64,000 nucleotides of DNA from Phyllobates terribilis (Eukaryota): contig NW_027362770.1 of the NCBI RefSeq assembly GCF_046119375.1, forward strand, positions 79,298,001-79,362,000. Reading direction: 5' to 3'. Under the pieces are notes generated by a model. The model ran no database searches. It was given only the letters and a program-made list of their open reading frames with translations, and was not told the DNA's origin. How positions within the stretch are numbered: position 1 is the first letter of the stretch; each line of letters begins with the position of its first letter. Below, in pieces: positions 13,157-24,600 of the stretch. A program made the position numbers and the translations under genes.

Positions 13157-13681
13157 GGCTGTGTTCACACGTTGAGTTTTTGCTGCATTTTTTTTCTGCA
13201 CCAAAACCTGCTCTCTTGGTAGTGAAGAATCTGCCTCAAAAAAGCAGGTTGAGTTATTGCTGCGTTTTTGCTGCGTTTTCGCTGTGTTTTTACAGCGTTT
13301 TTTTCAGGATACATTTGTCTCTTGTGTATGCTGATAAAGTTTGGTGCAAAAAAAAATAACCTGATTCAACTTCCTCAGGTTTTGATACCAAAACACAGCA
13401 AAACCTGATACCTGCATTTTTTCAAAATTTTTTCCACTACCCATTGCTTTCAATGGGTGAAAAACGCAGAAAAAAATACTGAAAAAACGCTGAAAGAAGT
13501 GACATGCTGTATTTTGCAAAAACCAAGGTATTGCACAAAATACTGACGACAAAATAACGAGCTGTGTGCATAAGATTTCTGAAATCTTATTGACTTTGCT
13601 GGTATTATGAAACGCAGGTAAAAATTTGCATAAGAAGATGCATCAAAAAAAGCTGAAAAGACGCAACCTGTGAACATAGCC
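13157..13681. mobile_element. Harbinger-type MITE
   Basis: TAA flanks; TIR GGCTGTGTTCACAC / GTGAACATAGCC. Confidence 0.75.
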
Positions 13682-13839
13682 TAATACAGCAAAGTTTTAA
13701 ATGAAACCCAATTGCAAAAATGATTTGTAGCTGCAATTGCACGGAAGTGAGAAAAAAAATTGTCCCCCTGTTACAACCAGCTGATACTGACGCCTGCATG
13801 CATGGATAGCATGGATATACACATTTCACTAAGTACAAG

Positions 13840-15230
13840 TATACTTTCCAAAATGTTGAAAAGTCTGAGTTTCATAGAACATTTTTTTACCCAGAACATG
13901 AAAGTAAGGTTAATAATATAACTTTCCTTACAAAATCTTCAGCTTTATTCAAATTAGTTCATGTAAAAATGTACCTCACCTCAAAAGCTACATTTAGTGT
14001 TTTGTATGACCTCCGTGATTTTTAAGGACAGCCCCAAGCAGGGTTTCTAACTTGACTTTTTTTCTGGACAACTTATAAAAAAAAATTCACATACTGACAA
14101 GATTTTTTTTACGGACCCATTGGAAAACCACAATAGATCATTATTATTATAAGTGATCCATGTGTATATCCCATAATTTTGATATGAAGACATGAACCAC
14201 AGTCACTGTGAACTATAAAGTGATGATAATTACAGTCAAAATAATCTGTATAAGTTTCTTCAGCCTCAAAAAAATTGCTTTCAATTTTATTTAAGGCAAA
14301 AAAGTGCCCTCTTTTTAAAGACTGTCCTGGAAATTCTGGATGGTTGGCTACCCTGGCAGTAAGTCTTCTAGGTATGGAATGAACAAGTTGGCGACATATT
14401 GCAGTATCCATCTTTTTCCATTCTTCAAGAATGATCTCTTATAGAGCCTGGATGCTGTATGGAGAATGATGCACAACCTGTCTCTTCATAATTCCTCACT
14501 GGGTCCAGATCTGGAGACATACTGTTAGTCTACCAAGGGCACAGAGTGATGGTAGTAGCATCTTCTCTTTTAATATAGAGCAATATATCTATGGATTCAT
14601 GATACCATCAATGAAATGTAGCTCCCTGACTCCTGCAGCACTCATGTGGTCCCACATAAGGACACAGCCACCACCATGATTTACTATAGGCACCATGCAT
14701 TTTAAAAAAATAGTTTTTCCAAATGTTTGTTGCCTACAGTAAAACACGGTGAAGGCAGTGTCCTTATGTGGAGATGTACTACTTCAGTGATTCAGTGGCC
14801 AAGTATTGTATGTCTCCTGTTCTGAACCCAAATGAACACCTATGGGAAATTCTGAAGAGACAAGTTGTACATCGCTCTCCATCCAGAATCTAGACTCTAA
14901 AAGAGGTCGTTCTTATATAACGGAAATAGATAGATGTTTGTTCATTCCATGCATAGAAAACTTGGTGCTGTCCTTAAAAATTTTGAAGGTCATACAAAAT
15001 ACTAGACGTAGTAGTTTTTGATGCAGGGTGTATTCATTTTTGCATCAACTAATTTGATTAAAGTGAAAATTTTGTAATGAAAGTTATATTATTAATCTTA
15101 ATTTCATGTTGTGGGTTGAAAAAAATGTTCTCTTTAACTCTGTCTTGTCAAAATTTAGGAAATTGTTCTTGTATTCAGTGAGAAATTGATTACATTTCAA
15201 AAGAGGTGTACTCATTTATGCTGAGCTCTG
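13840..15230. mobile_element. Highly degenerate Tc1 remnants
   Basis: Minus-strand HGGGCVLMW..MSAAGV-like coding at ~14400-14700; plus-strand LNPNEHLWEILKRQV at ~14820-14870; inverted match 13990-14050 vs 14945-15005; TIR-like end near 15230. Boundaries approximate. Confidence 0.5.
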
Positions 15231-17658
15231 TGGATAGATGATGCATTGAATAGGGAGAGCTTTGAATGTAATCAGATTATAAATGGGAATACAGCAGTTT
15301 GTGTATATTTATACATACAGATACAAGGGAGGGTTGGGACTGCAGCAGCAGCATTCACTAGTGATGTATCAATGGTGAAAAGCTGGATCCCTGCTGGGAA
15401 CAATGGAAGCCGACACCTCAGTGAAAGCCACTAAAATTTCTGAATGAATTTCACTGGGGGTAAAATGATGGTGTTCAGTGGCCAAAACTCCGCCCATCTG
15501 AACCAAACTCCACACACCCTCAATTTCATTAATTGGCTTTTGCCACTGGTGGGCGAGGTTTAGGCTGCGTTAGTTTCATCTTAAATGTGTGTTTAACTAT
15601 TGTGAACACATATTTAATACTGACCCATTTAAATAGGCTCACGTCTCTTTTGGCGAGCAAAGCCAAGTGATCCAGATCATCAAAAAGAGGCGGACTGCTC
15701 ATGAATAGAATTCACAGAAACAGAGTGAGCTCTGCTGAATGCAGCCCCGCCAATCTGTCGGCAAGCCCTGCCCATCCTTCACTTTCCAAAGCCAGGGAAA
15801 ATAAACTAGAGATCGTGTGACCAGTGGTTACAGCAGGATTTGGCTAAGCAAGGTATTTAGTGAAGTTCTCATCTATGGCAGTTAGTTCACATGAAGGGGA
15901 CATGTAAAGTAATGGCCAACCCCTTTAATTGACAACAAAGCAATAGAAATACTTAGCTTTTAAAAAAAATACAGCAAAAAAAAAGCTTATATTTTTAATT
16001 AATACACTATTATATGTTTTTTTTTTCAGCCTGAAGAAAATGGTAAGTTGAAATCTTTCCTTCCATGTACATGCAGATTACTAAGGATTTATTTTATGGT
16101 CCAAATTCTACCTTCAGTTTTTTATTTACTAGCCACAGCTGCCTTAATCTGTAAAGTAAAAAATATTATTGAATGTACTTTATATTTTATCCTTTAAGAC
16201 TCACACAGTAATGTACGAAATCCCGAATACCTCATCAATGCCATCCACAGTGCCACATCACAATGCTCAGGAAAATACTAGATTTATTAGATTTAAAACT
16301 TTGCATTTGTAAATAAAAGCTTTGCAGTATTTGATCAGTCTGCCGGTCCTGTTACTATAAAGGACTTGATGATGATGTCCTTTGATCCCTACACCTTTTT
16401 TTCTTATATTCAGTGCTACTACTTCTATTTGGTTATGTATTGCAAGTGAGAGTATCCCACCCACCACATTACCTGCATTACCAGATGCCGTGCCCCATGA
16501 TATTGCCAGTCATCATAAAGAGAAGGAGATTGTGTGGGGTGTGTAAGGACATATTTCCCACCTTCCCCCTTGAAGAACAAGTGTGTTATTGTGATGTGTA
16601 ATGTGAAATGTGAAATGCGTTACGGTGTTGATGTTGTATTCTGCCCAGCAACAGGTAGTTAACAGGGCCAGTTAGAGTTAAGTTTGGGGCTAGCACAGAG
16701 TGGGAGGGGACAGGCTGAAGGGAGAGAGACAGTTTCCTGTCAGAACATTAGAAAGGACCCAGAGTGCATAGAAAGCAGACCTAAGGTCTGATGTGAGAAG
16801 TGCCACATGACGTGGGTGTCCTTAACAAGAGAAGAGACTGAGGATAGCGAGATCCTAGCGGAGAGGAAGAGAGAGAGAAGTGACCAAAAGAACTGAGTGA
16901 TTGATCGGAGACGGGTCCTCGGTCAGGACGCCTAGCCGTACGGCCCAGAGTCTATAACTCATAAAGGTAACGGGCCTAGTCGTAACAGAGTACATAAGAA
17001 AAGAGAGTGCCCAGGGCAGGAGTTTCAGAGCATCAGTAGAAGAGAAGATGAGTACCGGCCATACTGGCAGAATAGTTCCCCAGAGGGGAAAGAAGATACG
17101 GTTGAGAACAGGACTCTCACTAACTGGACTGTAGTACTGTGCTGAGCTTCGATGAAGTCAAAAGTAGTGTTGAGCCACCCCCGTAGTGTTCGAGTTCGGT
17201 TCGGTTCGTCGAACACCCGTGTGTTCGCCGAACTGTTCGTCGAACACCTTCGAACACCGTTAAAACCAATGGCAGGCAAACAAAAACACATAGAAACACA
17301 TAGAAAACACCTTCAAAGGTGTCCAAAAGCTGACAAACTGCTCAGAAGACACAAATAACACATGGAAAAGTGACAAGTACATATAGTCATGAGAAAAGAA
17401 AAGAGGTGGAGGAGTAAAAGGAGGGGGAGACACAGATATAAGCATGTCATGCCCTTCTAAAATCCAAAAAGTGAGAAGCCGACACGTTCAGTCCGCTCCT
17501 GCCCGTGCCACCTCCGTGTCGCCGGGTTTGTGCCAGAGCCGCGGTGAACCCTGACGGCCAGCCCCCCTCTCCCAATACTGGTGCCTGTCCTCTGGGGGGT
17601 CGAGCGAGCCCCCCTGTGGTGGAGGCAGCTCTAAGCTTTTTAATTTAAATTGTCTCTC

Positions 17659-17920
17659 TAATTTGAATGAATACACTTTAAATCCATTTACAAGGATCTA
17701 TTGGAGGGCAAGTCTCATGCCAGCAGCCGTGTAATTCCAGCTCCAGTAGCGCCCAGTAAAGCTGCTGCAGTTAAAAAGCTTTTATAAGGATCGAGCTCGG
17801 CTGTCCACCGCAAGGCATCCTACTGCCAGTCCCAGCCCCTATGCCTTGGGGTGCCTCCTGATGCTCTTCACTGAGTATCCCGTGGTCCCGAAGCATTTCC
17901 TTTGAAAAAATTAAGTGTCC
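17659..17920 (+). pseudogene. Degenerate 18S rRNA fragment (530-loop region into V4)
   Basis: GGATCTATTGGAGGGCAAGTCTCATGCCAGCAGCCGTGTAATTCCAGCTCC...GCTGCAGTTAAAAAGCT...CCCGAAGCATTTCCTTTGAAAAAATTAAGTGT is colinear with the conserved eukaryotic SSU rRNA. Confidence 0.9.
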
Positions 17921-18032
17921 AAACTACAGGTGGTGTAGCTTGCTTAACAGCCGGGATAATCCGCTGACTAGCAGACACTGCTACTAGGCACAAAGTATTT
18001 CCTGGGCTAGATGCAGTTAAAAATTTGTAATT

Positions 18033-19860
18033 AGATACTCTCGTTGGATGCTGAGAAAGCATTCCATAGAGTCTCCTGGCACGCCATATATGATTCTCTT
18101 AAAAAGCTTGGGGTAGGGGTCTAGGGGACCCTTTTATAGCCAAAATCACGGCCCTGTATCGCAATACGTCACCTAGGCTGAAGATAAATGGAACTGTAGC
18201 ACCCTGAGGGCTCGGTTGCTACAGACGTATTGCACCTCACCCAGAGGTGTGATATCTCACTCTCAGGTAAGGATGGAGTGTGGATCAGGACCCGACACCT
18301 GCATGCATTACACCACATTGCCGTGGGGCAAGGCGACCAATATGCCCCTGAGATGGGCACGACAGTCCCTGTCCCTGGCTGGAGTGGGGGGAGGGAACAC
18401 TGAGGAAGGGGAACCCTGTAGTGCAGGAGCAGGGAGGAAGCAGTTCCTGGGTGCATTGAGAAGGGAGTATAAAAGGTGGGCACCATCTTAGTTCAGTGCA
18501 GAGAAGTCTGAGCAGAAGTGGCAGGGAGCAGGGGCTCTGCATGAGCTCTGCTCCGGAGGCGGGCCTAGTAACAGAGGCCCAGGCCTGGAAGAGAGAGAAG
18601 GAAGGAAGAGGAGCGGAGAAGGCTCCAGGAACGAGGAATGAAGGGATCCCAGGGGTGCGGACGGGCGAGTCGCCACCGCACGCCCGAATCCACCTGCGTG
18701 GAGGGGTCAGGCCAAAGGGGGAGACCGGTCCCCGAAACTAGTGGAGGCAGGAAACGACCCTCAGCTAGAAACCGGAGGCTGTGACATTTTATGTGGCGCA
18801 GCCCCTCGCTACACCCGCTAGGAAGGCACCACATAGGGTCAGGGAAACTGGCGCCAAGTTTACTAAGAGGAGGCCCGAGGCAGCCGGACAGAAAGGTTGG
18901 TAAGAAAGGCCAGACAAAGGACACACAAAGGGGGTCCTGTGAAGCACTCCAAAGTTATCTGGGAGTTGTCTGAGCCCCTCACCTGGTGAGCACAGTACGA
19001 CGTGGCCAGCCGTTACCTGCAGACGTGGTCTGGATAATAAGAACTGTGAGTAAAGGCCCTGGACTGCATCACTGACTCCGTGTCGTTACTGCTGCTGCCC
19101 TGCACCATCACCCCCATCCTCCGCATACACTGCCCTGAGGCTATACTCCTCCCGTGGGGAGTTATGCTACGCTCTGCTGCACCCACAACACCAGCCTCAG
19201 CGGTCTGCCCTGCAGCGGCGGTTCACTCTGACCGCAATCCACGGGTGGCGTAGTCGGACATTTAAACATCAAAACCACATAAATAGTTCCGCCACTGGTT
19301 TGACCACCCTGAGCCATGGAACTGGGTCACCGCCACGAAGACTACAACCACCAGCATCCACCAAAAAGGGTCCGGCTCCGGGTGTCCCAAGGCCCAGGGG
19401 GTGCATCAGAACATTTTCATCACCTTTCACAATCACCAATGGGACAAGGCAGGGATGTCCTCTGTCCCCTCTCTTATACATCCTAGTGACGGAGCACCTG
19501 CTCTCATCAATTCGCCATAACCCCAATATTAGGTGGATTGAGGTGGGAGGCACCGAGTACAAGTGCTCTCTATTTGCTGATGATGTACTAGTATATATCA
19601 CTCAATCACATATATCCATCCATGCTGTTATGGCTGAAATAGATCACTTTGATACATGGTCAAATTTTAAAATCAATGCAGCGAAGTCTGAGGCCCTCGA
19701 TGTCTCCCTCCCCAAATCCATATAGGATTCCATCCAGTCCAACTTTCCCTTTGCCTGGCCCTCACAGGGTATCAAATACTTAGGAATTCCTATTCATAGA
19801 GACCTCTCCCATCTATGTTATCTTAATTTTGGGCCCTTTATTGAACAATTCCATACAGAC
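18033..19860 (+). pseudogene. L1 ORF2 reverse-transcriptase fragment interrupted by a solo LTR
   Basis: LSLDAEKAFHRVSW at ~18040-18080; frame resumes after the LTR with NGTRQGCPLSPLL and SLFADDVL. Confidence 0.85.
18195..19408 (+). mobile_element. Solo LTR (family of the 36460 Gypsy element, divergent subfamily)
   Basis: TGTAGCACCC...GGGGTGCATCA termini; TSD GAAC at 18191-18194 and 19409-19412; TATAAAA near 18469; AGTAAA near 19049. Confidence 0.88.
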
Positions 19861-19930
19861 CACGGTTGGCAAGTTAGAACTGTAAGATTCACTACGTGAA
19901 CCACTGGTGTTTTGTGGAAAAGCACATGTA

Positions 19931-21290
19931 CACTGTGTTCCAAATTATTATGCAAAAAGTGTTTAGGAGTGATAAGGGAAGAATTTGTTTGTTTGTCAGT
20001 TAAACTCATTGATGGTGATGTGTGTCAGGGCTCTTTATATCACTGTAAGCAATTGCAGACACCTGTGCTAATTAGTTTGGCAGGTGTGTCCAATGAAAGG
20101 CAAGACTACTTAAGAAGGCTGTCTCACATTATTAAGCAGCCTACATTTTCTGCCAAAATGGGAAAGAAAAAGGATGTGTCGGCTGCTGAGAAGCAACAAA
20201 TTGTGGAGTGTTTAGGTCAAGGCATGACTACAATCAACATTGTGTGATGATCAGGATGAAGTGTCTTGGCAATCAAGAAGTATGTAGCTGATTCACAGTA
20301 CACAAGTGTGCGTGCTGATAAGGGCAAATTGAGGACTCTTTCCTACAGGCAATTACGTCAGGTTAAAAGAGCAGCGGCAAAAAAGCCTTGACATAGCAGC
20401 AGACAAGTTTTTGAAGCTGCTGGTGCCTCCAACGTCCCCCGAACAACAAGATGCAGGGTCTTTCAGAGGTTTGCAGCTGTGCATATGCCATCCTGTCGAC
20501 CTCCTCTATCCACTTCACACAAGCAGAAACGGCTCCAGTGGGCCAAACATTACATGAAGACTGATTTCAAAACTGTTTTGTTCACGGATGAGTGCCGTGC
20601 AGCGCTCGATTGTCCAGATGGATGGAGTGGAGGATGGCTGGTTGATGGACACCCCACGCAAACACGGCTACAGCGCCAACAAGGAGGAGGTGGAGTAATG
20701 TTTTGGGCTGGAATCATGGGGAGAGAGATTGTCGGCCCCTTTAGGATCCCTGAAGGCGCTAAAGATGAACTCCATAATGTATGTGGATTTTCTCAAACAG
20801 CACTTCCTGCCATGGTTCAAGAAGAAGAACCGTGTATTTCACAGCAAGATCATTTTCTTGCATGATAATGCACCATCTCATGCTGCACATAAAACATCTG
20901 CATCTCTGGCTGATATGGGCATAAAAGGGGACAAACTTATGGTGTGACCCCCATGCTCCCCTGACCTCTACCCCATTCAGAACCTCTGGAGCATCATCAA
21001 AAGGAGTGTCTATGATGGCGGGAGGCAGTTCACATCTAAGCAACAGCTCTGGGAGGGTATACTGTCCTCATGCAAAACAATTGAAGCAGAAACCATCCAA
21101 AACCTGACAAATTCAATGGACGAGAGAGTTCAGAAGCTCCTTTCGAACAAGGGGTCCTATGTGAAAATGTAACATCACCTAGAATAAAGTTTTGAGTTGA
21201 AAACTGTTTGATTTCAGTTTCTAATAACCTGCTATTGCTTATAATTTCAAAAATGACCATTTTTTTGGTCTTTATTAAAATGAAAAGGTT
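19931..21290 (+). mobile_element. Tc1-like DD37E (TRT-type) transposon, right end deleted
   Basis: Starts CACTGTGTTCCAAATTATTATGC after TA. Frameshifted transposase ~20158-21171 with FTDE..LD(C)PDGW, RQQGGGGVM and HDNAPSH...SPDLYPI(Q); 37 residues between D and the E position. Confidence 0.85.
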
Positions 21291-21629
21291 GATCGAAAAG
21301 TTTGGGGGATCTAAGAGTGTGGCAACCCAGTAGTCATGATTACTTCGAATTCTGACAATATGAGGGTCATGTTGCAGGTAGTGCAGCAAGAAGGCACTTA
21401 TGTGTCTTGCGCATCTCGGAGCCCCAAAATTATTTTCCGGGCTAGATGCAGCTACAAATTATTATTAATTTTAAATGTGGTGGAGCTTAGTATAGATGGG
21501 CTAATAGGATCAGTGCTGCACACTGCTACAAAGCCCAAATTATTTTCCAGTCAAGATACAGATAAACATGATTAGTAATTTGAAAGCTTAAAACGGTTGG
21601 TAGGGTGATTTTAACCAATCATCAAGCTT

Positions 21630-24600
21630 TTACACTCCCCAGGATGACACAGGGGTAGAAAAGTCATTTCGGATCCATGATTTGTTCATCTTTATGAACG
21701 TGAGTCTGTCTACATTATCAGTGGAGAGCCGCGTGTGCTTATCTGTCAGCACACCACCAGCAGCGCTGAACACACGTTCAGACAGAACGCTGGCTGCGGG
21801 GCATGACAAGATCTCCAAGGCGTAAGTGGCTAGCTCCGGCCATTTATCCAGATTGGAAGCCCAAAAAGAGCAAGGGTCCAGTGACACAGTCATGGCTTCA
21901 ATGTTTACTTGGAGATACTCCTGTACCATCGTCTCTAGGCGTTGACTATGTGTCAGACTTCTTGTCTCCTGTGGCCTTGCAAAGGATGGGCTAAAAAAGT
22001 GGTGAAATGATTCCGCAAAATTGATGTTACCAGCAGATACTGTGGTTCTGTTACGGTTTGAGTGCTGAACACTTGACGGTCCCACGGTTGGCAAGTTGGA
22101 ACTGTGAGATTCACTACGTGCACCACTGGTGTTTTGTGGAAAAGCACATGTAAGATTCTGCAACAGTCTCTGCTGATACTCCTGCATGTGTGCATCCCTT
22201 TCTATGGCAGGAATAATTTCTGCAAATTTACTTTTGTACCGGGGATCTAACAGTGTGGCAACCCAGTAGTCAGGATTATTTCTAATTCTCATAATTCGAG
22301 GGTCATGTTGCAGGTAGTGCAGCAAGAAGGCACTCATGTGTGTTGCGCATCCAGGAGCACCAAGTCCCTGTTGTGTTGGTGGCGAGGTAACAATCATGCT
22401 TCCTTCCTCTGTCCTCTCCCTCCAACCTTGCACAACAGAAATGTGATCAAGGTCTCCCTCATCTGATGAGTCTTCCATCAGTTCGTCCTCCACTTCTTCC
22501 TGGGCTCCTGCACCTTCCTCACTAGTTTGGCTGCTACCATGCGCCCTGGTAAAACCATCTCCCCCACCCTCACATGCCTGCTGCCTTGGTGCTGCCGACC
22601 GTCTGGACCTTGCAGATGTTAGCCCTTCCGCATACAACTCCTCCTCCTCTACTTCCTCCACCTCCTCTTGTGCCACCACCTGACTCCGAATTCTGTTTAA
22701 CATGTGCTCCAGCATGTAAATCACCGGAATAGTCATGCTGATAATGGCATCGTCAGCACTAAACATCTTCGTCGCCATTTCAAAACTGTGCAGAAGGGTG
22801 CATAGGTCCCTGATCTGAGACCACTCCTCCAGCGTGATTTGCCCCACCTCCGGATCTCGTTGGCCCAGGCTATACGTCAGAACGTATTGCACCAGGGCTT
22901 GTCGGTGCTGCCACAGTCGCTGCAACATGTGCAGAGTTGAATTCCACCGGGTAGGCACATCGCATTTTAGCCGGTGAAGTGGCAGGCCCAACGACTTCTG
23001 TAGAGATGTAAGTCGCTGTGCGGGATGCGAACGGCGGAAGTGAGCACACAGCGACCGTGCCCTCTGCAGAAGGCCATCTAGTCTGGGATAGTGGGCTAAA
23101 AATTGCTGGACAACCAGGTTCAACACGTGAGCCATACAAGGCACGTGTGTGACATTGCCCCGGCGAAGGGCCGCACCCAGGTTTGCAGCATTGTCGCACA
23201 CGGCCTTCCCTGGTTTCAGGTCCAGTGGAGACAACCATTCATGAAATTGGTTCTCCAGAGCTGACCACAACTCCTCAGCTGTGTGACTCACATTTCCCAG
23301 ACATTTCAAAGTAAAAACCGCCTGATGACGTTGAGCCCTACTGCCAGCATAGTAAGGAGGTGTGCAGGATCCCTTCTGCACAGTTAGAAAGCTTGTGGCA
23401 TGACCAGACAGGCTTTGGGTGCAGGTGGAAGACTGAGAGGAGGTTGAGGAGGCAGAAGCAGTGGAGGAACTTTGACATAAAGAGGATTGACGCACAACTC
23501 GTGGGGACGGCAAGACTTGGACAGCAGCCCCTTGTCCTGCTGTCGCCATAGTTACCCAGTGCCCAGTCAGCGACATATAACGCCCCTGTCCATGCCTACT
23601 CGTCCAAGTGTCTGTGGTGAAATGCACCCTGTCACACACAGAGTTTCTCAAAGAAGCGGTGATGTTGTGTGCGACATGCTGGTGGAGCGCAGGCACACCT
23701 TTCTTTGAGAAGTAGTGCCGACTGGGCATCTGGTACTGGGGCACTGCGACGGACATAAGGTCTCGAAAATCCTCTGTGTCCACCAGGCGGAAAGGCAGCA
23801 TTTCTGTAGCCAAGAGCTTGCAGATGGTGAAATTCAACCTCTTAGCTTTCTCATGGCTAGGAGGAAATGGTCTTTTACTTGTCCACATCTGAGGGACCGA
23901 GGGCTGGCTATTGTGCTTAGACGGGGTTGATAAGGGTGTCCCCGGCAAACTGCCGGTCTGTGAGGAAGATGCAGGCGGACATGTTAGGTTGCCTTGATCC
24001 AAAGGTGGTGCTATCGATGTCGGACAGCGCTCAACACCAGCTGGTGTTACCACCTCCAAAGAAAATGATGACCTGCCAATCACGCTGGCTGTTGCGGGTA
24101 AAGAGGTGGCAGGTCTGCGCCTCAAAACAGGTGTGACTGCTGTCCCCCCAGTCACAGAGGATGAAGAGGCCGCGGATGCACAAGATATGGCAGACGGTGG
24201 TTGGCCCGGCCGGCTAGGCCGCATTGTAGCACACTGAGCTTCCCACTGCAACTTATGCTTCATGTCCATGTGCCGGTTCATGCATGAAGTACTCAAACTA
24301 TGTATTTTTTGGCCTCTACTTAGCTTTTGCTGACAAATGTTACAGATAACACGAGTTGGGTCATCTTTATCGATCTGAAAAAATGCCCAGGCTATGCAAG
24401 GCTTAGCACCCATGCGACCTGAAGAGCCACCACGACTTGTGGTGAGAGGCAGAGTTGTGTTTGAGGATGCAGTTGTTGACGTGCTTCCAGTACTACGTCT
24501 CTGTCCAGGAAGGCGCAACCTGACCTCGTCGTCACTAGCATCTTCCTCCACTTCCTCTGCTGACCTCATCTCTTGGCTGACTGTGGGTTGACAGTAAGTG

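Noticed and set aside
16542-17156. Possible LTR hosting hAT-3 (starts TGTAAGG after a purine-rich tract)
   Set aside because: The purine-rich composition is suggestive, but I found no matching ...CA end, TSD or second copy after 28959.
17659-17920. Functional rRNA gene or contaminant rDNA
   Set aside because: Only about 260 bp, with substitutions and a deletion in the invariant 530-loop motif, embedded colinearly in TE sequence.
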